Shown here piece after piece: positions 52,606 through 64,000 of a stretch of 64,000 nucleotides of DNA. Below the pieces are notes generated by a model. The model was not told the origin of the DNA, ran no database searches, and saw only the letters and a program-made list of their open reading frames with translations. Origin of the DNA: Octopus sinensis (Eukaryota); assembly GCF_006345805.1 (NCBI RefSeq), contig NC_043007.1:56544001-56608000 (forward strand), in the 5' to 3' direction. The translations under genes were made by a program, and so were the position numbers. How positions within the stretch are numbered: the first letter of the stretch is position 1; each line of letters opens with the position of its first letter.

Positions 52606-53904
52606 TATTTTGTTGTCTATATTGACAGTAACATTAAGTTGTTTCCACTGGATTGGATTGATATTGCATTTGAAACTCCCGTACATTCCGTTTCTGATCA
52701 GAGTAAAAATTTGATAAATATGTACATTTACCACTAATTGTACTCTCGACAAAGCAATTCAGCAGCGACAGCCGGATACTTTCGCGAAAATAAAATCATT
52801 ATCATTCTGTATATTCAAGTAAATTAATATAGAAATAAACGTTTCTGGAATGATCTAGAAATGTTTGAATATTTGTTTACTAACTTACATTTTATTTTGA
52901 ATATTTATTTACATACTTACCTATTTACATTACAATTCTTCCCTTTCATATTTGCATATTTATTTTGTATATTCGTAAACCGCTTTGTAAAATGGCCAAG
53001 AGTATTCGAGGTCAACCGAGTCTACCACAGGCAATGATCAAAGGTAATACTAGACTTAACATGCAAAGCCTATAATGCCGTACTAATCGGAAGAGATTAA
53101 TATTTGACCCAACAATTGAAAGCCATTGTAACACAGAGCTGTCAGCGTGCTACTTGTAAAAGTAGGTTGTCAATATCTCTTCCCTTTTGCCACTGTTATT
53201 GAGTTTATCCTGTTGTGAGAAAGGAGATTCTCACAAGAAGCTTGTCATTCAAGGGGCTTTCTCTTTTGTTAAGACATATCGGGAAATTGTCAATACTTGT
53301 TTGTTATACGTGTAAGTGTTGAAACAACTTGAAAATGAGGACGTGTATAAATAAATGATAAACAAAAGATACAAAAGCAAGAAGACCGTATCTGAAATAC
53401 AAAAGGATACACTACTGCCACAGACAGATATCTAAGATATAGGAGAATATACCATAACCAAGGATAGATATCAGCAATGCATTTGCTTATAACTGAAGAG
53501 CGTAAAACAAAGACGTTGAGTTACGTTCCTCTATTGTCCCAATATAAAAGTATACAAAAATACGTGGTAAAAAATTGCCTAATGCGCGTTGTTGTATCAT
53601 ACCTGTGCACTTATGAATGTGTGTATGTGTGTATTTGTGTCCGTGTATATAATGAGATAGAAAGGGGGAGCAGAGAAGCAGGAGAGAAAGAAAAAGGGAA
53701 AGTGATCGTGCCTCCTTTAAGCATGCCTATTCGACTTCTCACTTCTATATTATATTTACTATATATAACTGATGTTAATTTGTTAGAAACCGTTTACCTT
53801 ATTCTTGAAAGATTACTTATAAATAAAAAGAAGCATATGCACATACACATAAGCGCGCGCGCACACAAGTAATATATATGTATGGGTGTATACATATACG
53901 TATG

Positions 53905-54180
53905 TGACGTCATATGAGGGTAACGTCATACAGCCCTACATCTTTGAACACGGCTTTAGGTTCAAATCAGATGTCTATGTGAAGCTGCCGGAGACTAGTT
54001 GATCTCTGGCTGAAAAGGGTTGCTGCTTGAACGCTATATCTATGGCAGCAACATCAGCTCTCTTAGTATACCTCCGGAAAAAGATAGTGGTTGTCGGAGA
54101 ATTTCTACGACCTCGCCAGTCCTAATATCTGGCCTCTTAACTCCCTTGATTATAATCCAATAGATTACTGGAGTCTCTTC
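53905..54180 (+). mobile_element. maT-type transposase remnant
   Basis: EGNVIQPYIFEHG...LYLWQQ...WLSENFYDLASPNIWPLNSLDYNPIDY, homologous to 8933-9820. Confidence 0.75.
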
Positions 54181-54199
54181 GGTCAATCTTTCTCGATAC

Positions 54200-54450
54200 A
54201 CTAGGAGCACTCAAACAGTTGCTCTATGTAGGTTCGATGTGGTCTACCAAGATTTGCGTAGCCAAAGTAGAACGTCGTTGATGATCTCATTCTTTGCTGT
54301 CCTGCGAATCTTGTTCTTTCTCTGATGACTTGTGATCTTCGTCGTAAAATACGATACAGAAACTCTGTCGTAGTGTTGGCTCCAGATGTAATATACGCAA
54401 GTCCCTTTCCTTTTATGTAAACTTCCAAATTTAACCCGAACACTCCGTAT
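54200..54450 (-). mobile_element. RTE-like LINE C-terminal remnant
   Basis: SQVIRERTRFAG...INDVLLW...GRPHRTYIEQL across frameshifts. Confidence 0.65.
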
Positions 54451-54613
54451 AAATGAACGCGTGCGCGCACACACACACATACACGCACACGCTCGTACAC
54501 ATAGACATATACGCAACCTTACCCTGCTTTACGGTAGATTTGTTAAACGAGTAAATCATATTTATATATATATATATATACACATACATATAAATGTACA
54601 TTCATGTATATAT

Positions 54614-54842
54614 ATGTATGTTTGAGTCTAAAAGTTTGCTTGGAAACATGGGGTGCAGTGTACAATCTTGTCCGACCATTATATTTTCCGAGGCATGAAG
54701 CTAATAGTAACTCGAATTTATATCCTATGTATACCCCATGTATATCAAATGATATTTATCTCTCATTAGATGAACTACTATTCTTGTTGAGTCCACCAGT
54801 AACAGAACACAGCTACACACGCACACACAAACACATTCATAT

Positions 54843-54910
<68 letters not shown>

Positions 54911-54973
54911 CCATGCGCACACAGACATATATATTTCTACATATACACACATTATATATATATGTAATATATG

Positions 54974-55008
<35 letters not shown>

Positions 55009-55087
55009 ATATATTATATATATACATATATTACATATATATATAATGTGTGTATATGTAGAAATATATATGTATGTGTGCGCATGG

Positions 55088-55119
<32 letters not shown>

Positions 55120-55369
55120 TATATGTATGTATGTATGTATATATGAATGTGTTTGTGTGTGCGTGTGTAGCTGTGTTCTGTTACTGGTGGACTCAACAAG
55201 AATAGTAGTTCATCTAATGAGAGATAAATATCATTTGATATACATGGGGTATACATAGGATATAAATTCGAGTTACTATTAGTTTCATGCCTCGGAAAAT
55301 ATAATGGTCGGACAAGATTGTACACTGCACCCCATGTTTCCAAGCAAACTTTTAGACTCAAATATACAT
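54614..55369. repeat. Long inverted duplication (~370-bp arms) centred on (TA)n
   Basis: 54621 onward is the reverse complement of sequence ending at 55362; two substitutions seen in the non-microsatellite parts. Confidence 0.95.
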
Positions 55370-55585
55370 CATGGCTGGTCGTTTTTGCAAAAAAAAAAAC
55401 AGAAAACGTTATACTTTGTTTCTGAAGACCAACATTTTTCGTTGTTCTTTTTTTTTTTCGAATGGAGCACCCATGTTGTATATTTGGTCTGAAAACTTGG
55501 AGACACATTGCATGGTATCATGTTTGTCCCACAATTGTATTTTCACGGTATGAAACTTTTAGTAGCTCGAATTTAAATCCTGTAT
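55255..55585. mobile_element. Old MITE with diverged TIRs
   Basis: 55255-55372 aligns loosely with the reverse complement of 55470-55585 (TAAATTCGAG.TACT...AAATATACA.CATGG). Confidence 0.55.
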
Positions 55586-55671
55586 ATATATATTGCAATG
55601 AAAAATGCAAGTGCATGCACGTTAATATTCGTAAGTTATTACACCTGGAATATTACAGAAAAAGATTTCTA

Positions 55672-56637
55672 CAGTAGAAATTACCTAATTCGTCACCTCT
55701 AAAGGAAATTAAAATCTACTTGAAATTAAAATTCTACTGTACTTAAAATATTGCAGTCGAGAATAACATTTTTAAAATTTACTTTATTCTATTAAAACAA
55801 ACATAATAAAAATATAACTGGGATTTTCCAAAAATAAACTCATCTGATTTTAAGCCTATGGCTAAACTTTTTCATGTATAGCCCCAGAAATTTTTATTAT
55901 TTTCAAGAAAAAAATTTCTTAAGCAAAATTATTCAAGTCTGTATAATTCGTCACCCATGGGATTATTTTGGAAAAAAGCAGTATTTTAAAAATGAAATAA
56001 AGTAAAAGTAATTTTCAAAAAAATACAGCAGAATTCGCCTAATTGGTCATCGCTAGGAGAAAATTCAAAGTGACGAATTAGGTGAAGTAACGAATTAGCC
56101 AAAGATGAATTAGGTTAATTCTTCTGTATTAATGCTAACTAATAAACTTTAATTATGATTTATTTGTCAGATTAAATTTTTTTACATGGAAGAATTGACT
56201 AAACATATGGTTGATTTAAAACCATTAAATGACCTTTCTACTGCAATCAATGTATACTAATTTCTTTTTTTAATGGGATTTCAATACAAGTGAAAAAATC
56301 ATTTGCAATATTTTTTTTACAACTTCATACTTTATTGTTTGTACATGATACAACTAAAGAAAATGAGTATTTAAATTATATATTTCAAAAGACATGATTA
56401 AAAAAACATTTTTGTTTAAATTTATACATTTGATTATTTTTGTAGCATGTTTATAAAGATTTACTTGTTTTTTAGATTCTCATAATAAATAAAATAAATT
56501 ATCTCAATTTACCTAATATACTGTATTTTAATTTTGAAAATGTTATTCCCGGCTGCAATATTTTAAGTACAATAGGATTCTTTTCTTAACCACTTTTTAG
56601 TTTACTTTAGAGGTGACGAATTATGCAAATTCTACTA
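55672..56637. mobile_element. Tigger/pogo-like non-autonomous element with ~110-bp TIRs and an inner mini-copy (56026-56126)
   Basis: TA|CAGTAGAAATT.CCTAATTCGTCACCTCTAAAG...GTACTTAAAATATTGCAG is inverted at 56525-56637. The inner TA|CAG...CTG|TA unit has related termini and repeated TAATTCGTCAC motifs. Confidence 0.7.
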
Positions 56638-56750
56638 AAGAAATCATGTTCTGTACTTTTCCAGGTTTAATGACTTTAAAATATTAGCATGCATTCGCCC
56701 GTATTATTCATTGTGATTCACTTTTTTCACGGCAATGCAATAACACTAAT

Positions 56751-57065
56751 AAAAGGCGACGTGCTGGCTGAATCGTTAGCACGCCGGACAAAATGTTGAG
56801 CGGCATTTCGTCCGTCTTTGCATTTTTCAGTAAGGCTGCGAGCTGGCAGAAACGTTGGCACGCCTTGCGAAATGCGTAGCCGTATTTCGTCTGCCGTTAC
56901 GCTCCGAGTTCAAATTCCGCCGAGGTCAACTTTGCCTTTCATCCTTTAGGGGTCGATAAATTAAGTACCAGTTACGCACTGGGGTCGATGTAATCGACTT
57001 AATCCGTTTGTCTGTCCTTGTTTGTCCCCTCTGTGTTTAGTCCCTTGTGTGTAGTAAAGAAATAG
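56751..57065 (+). mobile_element. SINE family A: head fragment (56751-56829) followed by a full copy
   Basis: Two consecutive AAGGC..CG.GCTGGC.GAA.CGTT.GCACGCC heads. Confidence 0.88.
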
Positions 57066-57279
57066 GCAATGCAATAAAACTAATAAATATCCTTTTGTTA
57101 AATAATATCTGAATAAGTTATCATTGTTGATGATTGAATTAAAATAAGAATTTTATGGTATGTTTTTAACTTTCACATATGTTTTCTTAAATTCTAAAAA
57201 AAATGGGAAAGTTATCTGGAGAGGGTTTCGTCGCATTGGCTAATATAAAAATGATTTTAAAAATGCAAAAATAACCAAT

Positions 57280-57347
57280 GGTAAAAACATAGATGGCTCC
57301 TCGTGCCTTACGGTGGTAAGGCACGAGGAGCCATCTATGTTTTTACC
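57280..57347. repeat. Perfect 32-bp hairpin with a 4-nt loop
   Basis: GGTAAAAACATAGATGGCTCCTCGTGCCTTAC-GGTG-GTAAGGCACGAGGAGCCATCTATGTTTTTACC. Confidence 0.95.
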
Positions 57348-58049
57348 TTTTCTGAACAGTATTACTAGAAACCTTCAGGTCCGCCTATTGAAAGAAGGAA
57401 AGAACAACAATGTTATATCATTAAATTTTGAGGGATAATTTTTTTTTTATGGAATTTTCATATATATGTTAGAATTCCACATTATAATCCAGTTCTCATA
57501 AACCAATTTAAAACTGCAATTTCCATAAATAAAATATTATCCATTTATTTTTTAAAATGCAAAACTAGCCAATGCATCCACCGTAAGGTAGGAGGAGCCA
57601 CCTACCCTTGTTAGAGCAAAGTTAGTTTGTTGGTTGAAATTCATGCAAATAAAGCCTGCAATTCAGTTACTGTTCTTGTCAACTTGCCTGAAAATAAAAA
57701 ATCTGAATCCTGCTACTCTGAAAATCCAATCATTCTGTCTGAAAGCAAAACCCTTGTCAATTTACCCTAAGAAATAATAATCTAAATTCTGCTACTCTTA
57801 ATATTGAATTAAAGTTTAAAAGTAAATCAAATTTATTAAACTTATTAAAACTTCAGTTCTTACAACTTTAGTCGTCGTAATGCTTTGCATTCGTTTTTTG
57901 AATAATAATTCCTCCTCGCATAATGATTTTTGCCTTCATTTTCTGATTGACTATCATGCAGAAAATGCCAGTTACTAAATCTTATTTTCTTTAAACTTTA
58001 AACATTTTTCTGCAGTAAGTATGTATGTATGTTATATGAGGTCACTTTC

Positions 58050-58560
58050 GAGTGCTATTGGTAACAGGTAACCCAGTACAACCTGTTGCATGGTCGGGTC
58101 GTCGGCGACTAAGCCAGTAACCCCACCAAGCTTGCTTGGTGAGGAGGGTGTTTATTGGACACCCTGTGGGATGAAAACGAAACCCGTCAAAGGAACTCTT
58201 GAGAGTCAACGGCCATCCAATAAATGTCTTAAGTCTGTATCATGCGCAGGGACATAGAAATTATCGGACTGAATACCCGATCGCGCAGTTAAACCATTGG
58301 GCGTGAAGGACCCCTAGCCTTTGTTAGGGCATCCTTCTAGGAGAAGGTAACTGGGATAACTCCGACATAAAACCTGCGGCTCAGTGATTACCGATGATGT
58401 TGACTTGTTCTTCTTTTCGGATTATGGCTGCTGTTGCTTAGTGAGTGGGATCGACTCAGTGCACAGCCTTTCCTCACTTTAAAAAAAATCTTGCACAGGC
58501 ATTGCATGAGAACAACATTGATTAAGCTTCGTGCAATGGCCATACTCGATAACGAGGGAG
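58050..58560 (+). mobile_element. Possible 5' UTR fragment of an RTE-group LINE
   Basis: GC-richer island with stacked hairpins and a CCTTCTAGGAGAAGG.AACT motif that I recall from RTE 5' UTRs; no coding sequence to confirm it. Confidence 0.35.
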
Positions 58561-58569
58561 CAGCCACCA

Positions 58570-59014
<445 letters not shown>

Positions 59015-59052
59015 ACGAATGTATGTGCGCAGTTTCGCGTGTAACATCCCTG

Positions 59053-59288
59053 AAGTCGATTTCAGGCGTTTTTCTCCCCTTTTTCACCTCACATATTTGA
59101 AATCTCAACTTTTTCTATTGAACGAAATTTCAAATTTTGTAGCTCAAAATATAGCTTAAGATATGTCCAATCTAAATATATATAAACATCATAAAATTTG
59201 GTAAAAAACTGAATTAGTGATAGAAGTCTAGAAGTGGTCGCGTGTGTGTAAATGTTGACCTTAAGAATATTATTCACATACTACCGTG
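59053..59288. repeat. Diverged repeat, copy 1 (copy 2 at 60387-60595)
   Basis: Shared AAGTCGATTTCAGGC...CTCACATATTTGA...TAAATGTTGACCTTAAGAATAT.ATTCACA.ACTACCGTG. Confidence 0.75.
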
Positions 59289-59384
59289 CATGAATGATAT
59301 TTATTATAATGTAGTGTATTCTATGAATATGAGGTAGGTCTTTGCAAGATACCTAAATACTGGATTGAATCAAGCATTTTACAA

Positions 59385-59580
59385 TATTGGTTTCCAATTT
59401 TGGCAGAAGGCTGTCAAATCCGGATGGGAGGGAAATTAATTACATCGACCTCAGTGCTCAGCTGATACTAATTTTATCGAGTATCGAAAAGATAAAAGGC
59501 AAAGACGACCTTGGAGGAATTTGTACTGAGAATGTGGAGACAGACGAAATGATACGAAGCTTTCACCATGTGTGTTTACA
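59385..59580 (-). mobile_element. SINE family A (degenerate)
   Basis: Reverse complement of the family A body (ATTACATCGACC.CAGTG...AAAGGCAAAG.CGACCT). Confidence 0.7.
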
Positions 59581-60386
59581 ACTCTACCAGCTCGTCTAAT
59601 TTTTGTAACTAAACACTCTCAAACTTCGGACACTGGTAGAATGTGTCATATAAAAAATCTTTTACTCTTAGTGTTGTTGAGAAAAGTTTCTATTTTCAAA
59701 GTTATTTCAACCAATCAATGACGTATTCAGCTGAATAAAATTACTGCCGTTGTCTGTGAACAACTATCGGCAGTGTATATTTCGTTTGTCACAGTTATTT
59801 ATGACATCGTTCGTGCGTATGTACTGGTTTTAGCTTTAGGGTTTTAGGTTTGAAAGGGAAAAGATCCAGTAATACAATTACTTGATGATTGTTTTACGTA
59901 TTTTTCGCACATTTAGCTTATAGAATTTTTTTTTTCCCGTTTGAATATTTTCTAATAGCACCACGGCACTCGTCTTGATGAGTTCTATCATATTAGCTAA
60001 ACCAAAACAAAATGTTCGGGTTTTGAATTTGCTTTTAGGCTTTAACTCTGCTTTCGGAACATTTGACCCCAGTAGTTTTTTTATTTTAATTTTATATATA
60101 TATAATTAGCATCATGGAATTTCTGTAGTCGAAATCTTTCAGAAAGGTTAAATTTAAACATAGTTTTCTTCTGAATGAGGAATAATATTTCGAATCATAT
60201 TAGATTTCAGACTTTAATCTTTTTTTCGCCGGTCTTTACTTCAGTCCTTTTTTCCTACTGAATATTTTTGCATATAAATGACATGGATAGATTTTTGTCG
60301 TCGAGGTCTATCATATACATTAAAATAGAATATATATTTATTAAATATGGAACAGAATATAAATTTATTAAAAACATTTTGACTCA

Positions 60387-60595
60387 AAGTCGATTTCAGG
60401 CATTACTCTCCCGTTTGTGATCTCACATATTTGACTTTTTTTCTACTGAATCGATCTTCAAAGTTTTTAGATTGAAATGACCAATCTAAAACTGTAAACG
60501 CCATCTAATTTGGTTAAAAAGTGAGTGACAAAGCCTAGAAATCGTCGCGAATGAGTAAATGTTGACCTTAAGAATATCATTCACACACTACCGTG
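60387..60595. repeat. Diverged repeat, copy 2
   Basis: See 59053-59288. Confidence 0.75.
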
Positions 60596-60950
60596 GGTGA
60601 ATATTATGTGCATACATAATACAAATATATATGTGTGTGTGTGTGTGTATACATATGTATATATATATATATATTTATAAACACATATATATATATGTGT
60701 ATGTATGTATGTATGTATGTATATATATATATATATATATGTATATAAGAATTTAAGAAGACAAAAACATTCTGTAACACATCTTTAAGGATTCTTTACA
60801 ATTGTTTCTGCACCGACTCTGCTTGCAACGTGCAACGTCAGTTAACGCAAAAAATTCGAAGTGAAAATTTACGTATAGATAGATAGATATATATAACGAG
60901 AGAGATACGTGTATGTGTATGTGTGTGTGCGTGTGTGTGTATGCGTGTAT

Positions 60951-60998
<48 letters not shown>

Positions 60999-61543
60999 TT
61001 TAATACTGTCATAATATTGAGTTTTGTCTTATACCTAGAATAATACAGCTTTTTTCCAATTACTTCTATAATGTTACAATGAATGCATGTTCTGCATTTT
61101 AAACTCACTGATGATCCAGCAATAATTCTGATTATTTTCGTCTCTTTTCAAATGTCATATTATATTGAACTGTTCCGTATTTTCTATTAAACTCATTCTA
61201 TTTCCAAGTTGATTTACTAAATTTGTTTTCATTCGTAAAGAAATCATCTTACTTGACTGTTGCAATTCTTATTATGCAATCGCGAAAATATTTAGGAAAC
61301 TATTGAAAAAAGAAATAATAACTTACGCGTTAGTTTAGAGTGTAGTCTTTCGTAATATCAATAGCGTACAATGAAAGAAAAATGAAAGAGAAATCAGACG
61401 TCGAAACGGAAATTGCGATGGTGCTTCTGTATACGTAAATTAAGAAGAAAAAAACTGAAAAAAATTATCCTTTAACCAAAACTGTTTAGAGAATACCTTA
61501 ATGTAAACAGACGGACAGCTACACACACACACATACACACACA

Positions 61544-61607
<64 letters not shown>

Positions 61608-61867
61608 AGGCAGCAAATAGACAGTCATTAGAGCGTCAAATGGAATACGAAAGGATATTTGTTCCAACCCTGCTCGCTCTGAGTTCAAATCCTGCCATGA
61701 TCTACTTTTATATCACAGAATTAATCCGTCGCCCTCATTAACGCTACCACGTGACATCTTGAGTTGCTCTAACAGATAGCATTCTGTTACAAGCGTTCGG
61801 GACAGGTTTTTCGGTTTATCCCTGTCTGGGCAGGCATTTCCTGCCCTCCTGAACGATAAAACATATG

Positions 61868-62077
61868 TATATATTGATTTCAAATATTGGCACAAGGCCA
61901 ACAGTTTTAGGGTGACATGGATCCCAGCATTCAACCAGTACTTACTTTGTCGACCCCGAAAAGGATAAAAGGCAAAGTTGACCTCGGTGGAATTTGAACT
62001 CATAACGTGAAGACGGACAAAATGCCGCTATGCATTTTGACCGACGTGCTAACGATTCTGCCAGCACCCCGCCTTAG
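61868..62077 (-). mobile_element. SINE family A
   Basis: AAAGGCAAAGTTGACCTCGGTGGAATTTGAACTC...GTGCTAACGATTCTGCCAGC.CCCCGCCTTA. Confidence 0.85.
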
Positions 62078-62114
62078 CATATGTATATATTGATATACGT
62101 CTGCATGTCTTTTA

Positions 62115-62320
62115 AAGAGGTCGAGAGTAACCATGCAGAATCGTTAAGGCGACTGTCAGTATCTCTTCCAGCGGTATCTCTTCCAGCCCACCGCCAAGTT
62201 TGACTTTGCCCTTCATCCTTTGGAGATCGATAAAATAAGTACCAGATGAGTCCTGTGGTCGATATAATCGACTAGCCCTCTCATACAAATTTTCATGCTT
62301 TATGTCTATAAGGATATTTT
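62115..62320 (+). mobile_element. SINE family A (degenerate)
   Basis: GCAGAATCGTTA...TTGACTTTGCCCTTCATCCTTT.GAG.TCGATAAAATAAGTACCAG. Confidence 0.7.
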
Positions 62321-62973
62321 GTATATGTACGTGTTTATGTGTGCGTGTGTGCGCATGATTGTGTGTGTGTGTGTGTGTTTATGTGTGTATGAGACAGAGG
62401 GAAAAAACGGTGTGGCAGTATGTAGAGGTTCCGTCATATATATCTACAATAAGTAAGCGGCGAGAGTGGCGAGGGTAACGAACACTGCAAAATCTATCAA
62501 GACTGGGCATTCCTGAAATATCTTCACATTAGCTCGATTTTCGCTACAGAAAGAAGCTAAAATGAGAAACGGTGTGGTAAGGAACTCGACTTCCGGCGCC
62601 ACCGAAATCTATATCGGAAGCTGTTTGCGCTGTGTTTATATGTTTATTTATTCATATATTTGTTTACGTACGAATATATGTATGGCGGTGTATTTATGTT
62701 TTTGTGTGTACTGAAGAGTGTTTAGGTATGTATATGTACATATGTAGGTGAGTGTGTATGCGTGTGCGTTTCCGTGTAGCTGCCTGTATAGTAGTGTGTG
62801 GGTGCTGTGAATGTAAATGTATCTGCGTCTATATATTTGGATATATATTTATGTCGTTGTTTTGGTTAGTATATGTGTGTGTGCGTGTGTATAGTTACAT
62901 GCATGTATACATACATATATACGTATATATATACGTATTTATATATATACATATATATATGAATGTATGTATG

Positions 62974-63008
<35 letters not shown>

Positions 63009-63023
63009 CCATGCATATATAAT

Positions 63024-63067
<44 letters not shown>

Positions 63068-63185
63068 CGTACATATATACGTAATAAATATGTATATACA
63101 TACATACTCACGAGTATGAACATTTGTGTCTGTCAGAATGTGTGTACGTGTGTGTGTGTGAGTGTGTGTGTACGTGTGTGTGTGT

Positions 63186-63240
<55 letters not shown>

Positions 63241-63589
63241 TGAGTGTGAGTGTGTGTGTGTGTGCGTTACAAGTGTTACCTGAGTGGTTTTGCCAATTTA
63301 ACAGATGTTCTGAAAGTTTGAAAAATATTTAAAAAGAAATGAAAGAAAAAGAAGAATTTAAACGATGTTTAGCATTTAACGAGATGTATGGCCGGTTTGG
63401 TATTTGTCCTTTTATTTATTTATTTATTTATGTTTATATATCTATTTATATACTTGTCTTTTTATATATATTTTTTTCTTCCTGATATGGTCGGTTATCA
63501 TGGGAAATGTGCAGCATTTTTTTTTGTCTTGATTCTAATGTTATGTTAGTGTTGTTTTAAAATTGTTTTCTTATTTTGTTATTGTTGCT

Positions 63590-63960
63590 GTCGACAGTGA
63601 CGTTAGTTGTGGTGGCGTCGGTAGTGGCGGCAGTGGCGGAGGCGACGGTGGCAGAGGCGGTGGCGGCGGTGACGGGGGCGACGGTGGTGGCGGTAGTAGT
63701 AGTGGTTGTAGCGGTGATATTCATAATACACGTGTTGCTTTTGGCATTTAAAATTTGCTGTCATTGAATATCGTATTTACTGATGACGAGCGTTGCCGCT
63801 GTTGCTGTTGGTGTTCTTATTGATGTTACTGTTGTTGTTGTTGTGGAGGTGGTGGTGGTGGTGGGGGGGGGGGTTATATTGTGGTTGATGTTCTTGCTTC
63901 TATTGGTGCAAACAGTGATAATGGTGATGTGTTGTATATAGTGATGATGATGATGATGGT
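63590..63960. repeat. (GGC/GGT/GTT/GAT)n low-complexity triplet region
   Basis: Read directly from sequence. Confidence 0.8.
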
Positions 63961-64000
63961 TCAGGATTTCTTTTTTCTAATTATGTGAGAAAGGTGCGTG

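Noticed and set aside
62540-62620. CpG-rich patch with ACTTCCGG (ETS-like site), possible promoter
   Set aside because: A single short motif with no associated exon.

Overview
This is gene-poor, AT-rich eukaryotic DNA dominated by microsatellites and decayed transposable elements, with one 100-N gap at 14260-14359. The SINE, mariner and microsatellite landscape looks like an Octopus (cephalopod) genome; that is an inference from recalled repeat families, not a database result. I can support no host protein-coding gene, and most ORFs in the track are translated microsatellites. Supported elements: three tRNA-derived SINE families (many copies), two 5'-truncated Tx1/L1-clade LINEs, two R4/Dong-like (RLE) LINE remnants, CR1-like and RTE-like remnants, three DD34D mariners, two maT (DD37D-type) remnants, several MITE/foldback elements, a non-autonomous Helitron with a head-to-tail partial copy, and a solo LTR. 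Main observations: (1) several minimal type-I hammerhead ribozyme motifs with palindromic helix III (dimer type, typical of Penelope-like elements), three with an intact core within 2.5 kb, plus a three-copy family with a non-canonical CUGUNGA-type core; (2) a Tx1-like LINE inserted at a (GATA)n/(GACA)n junction with a GATAAG duplication; (3) recurrent fold-back palindromes at (TA)n tracts, all with the same polarity.
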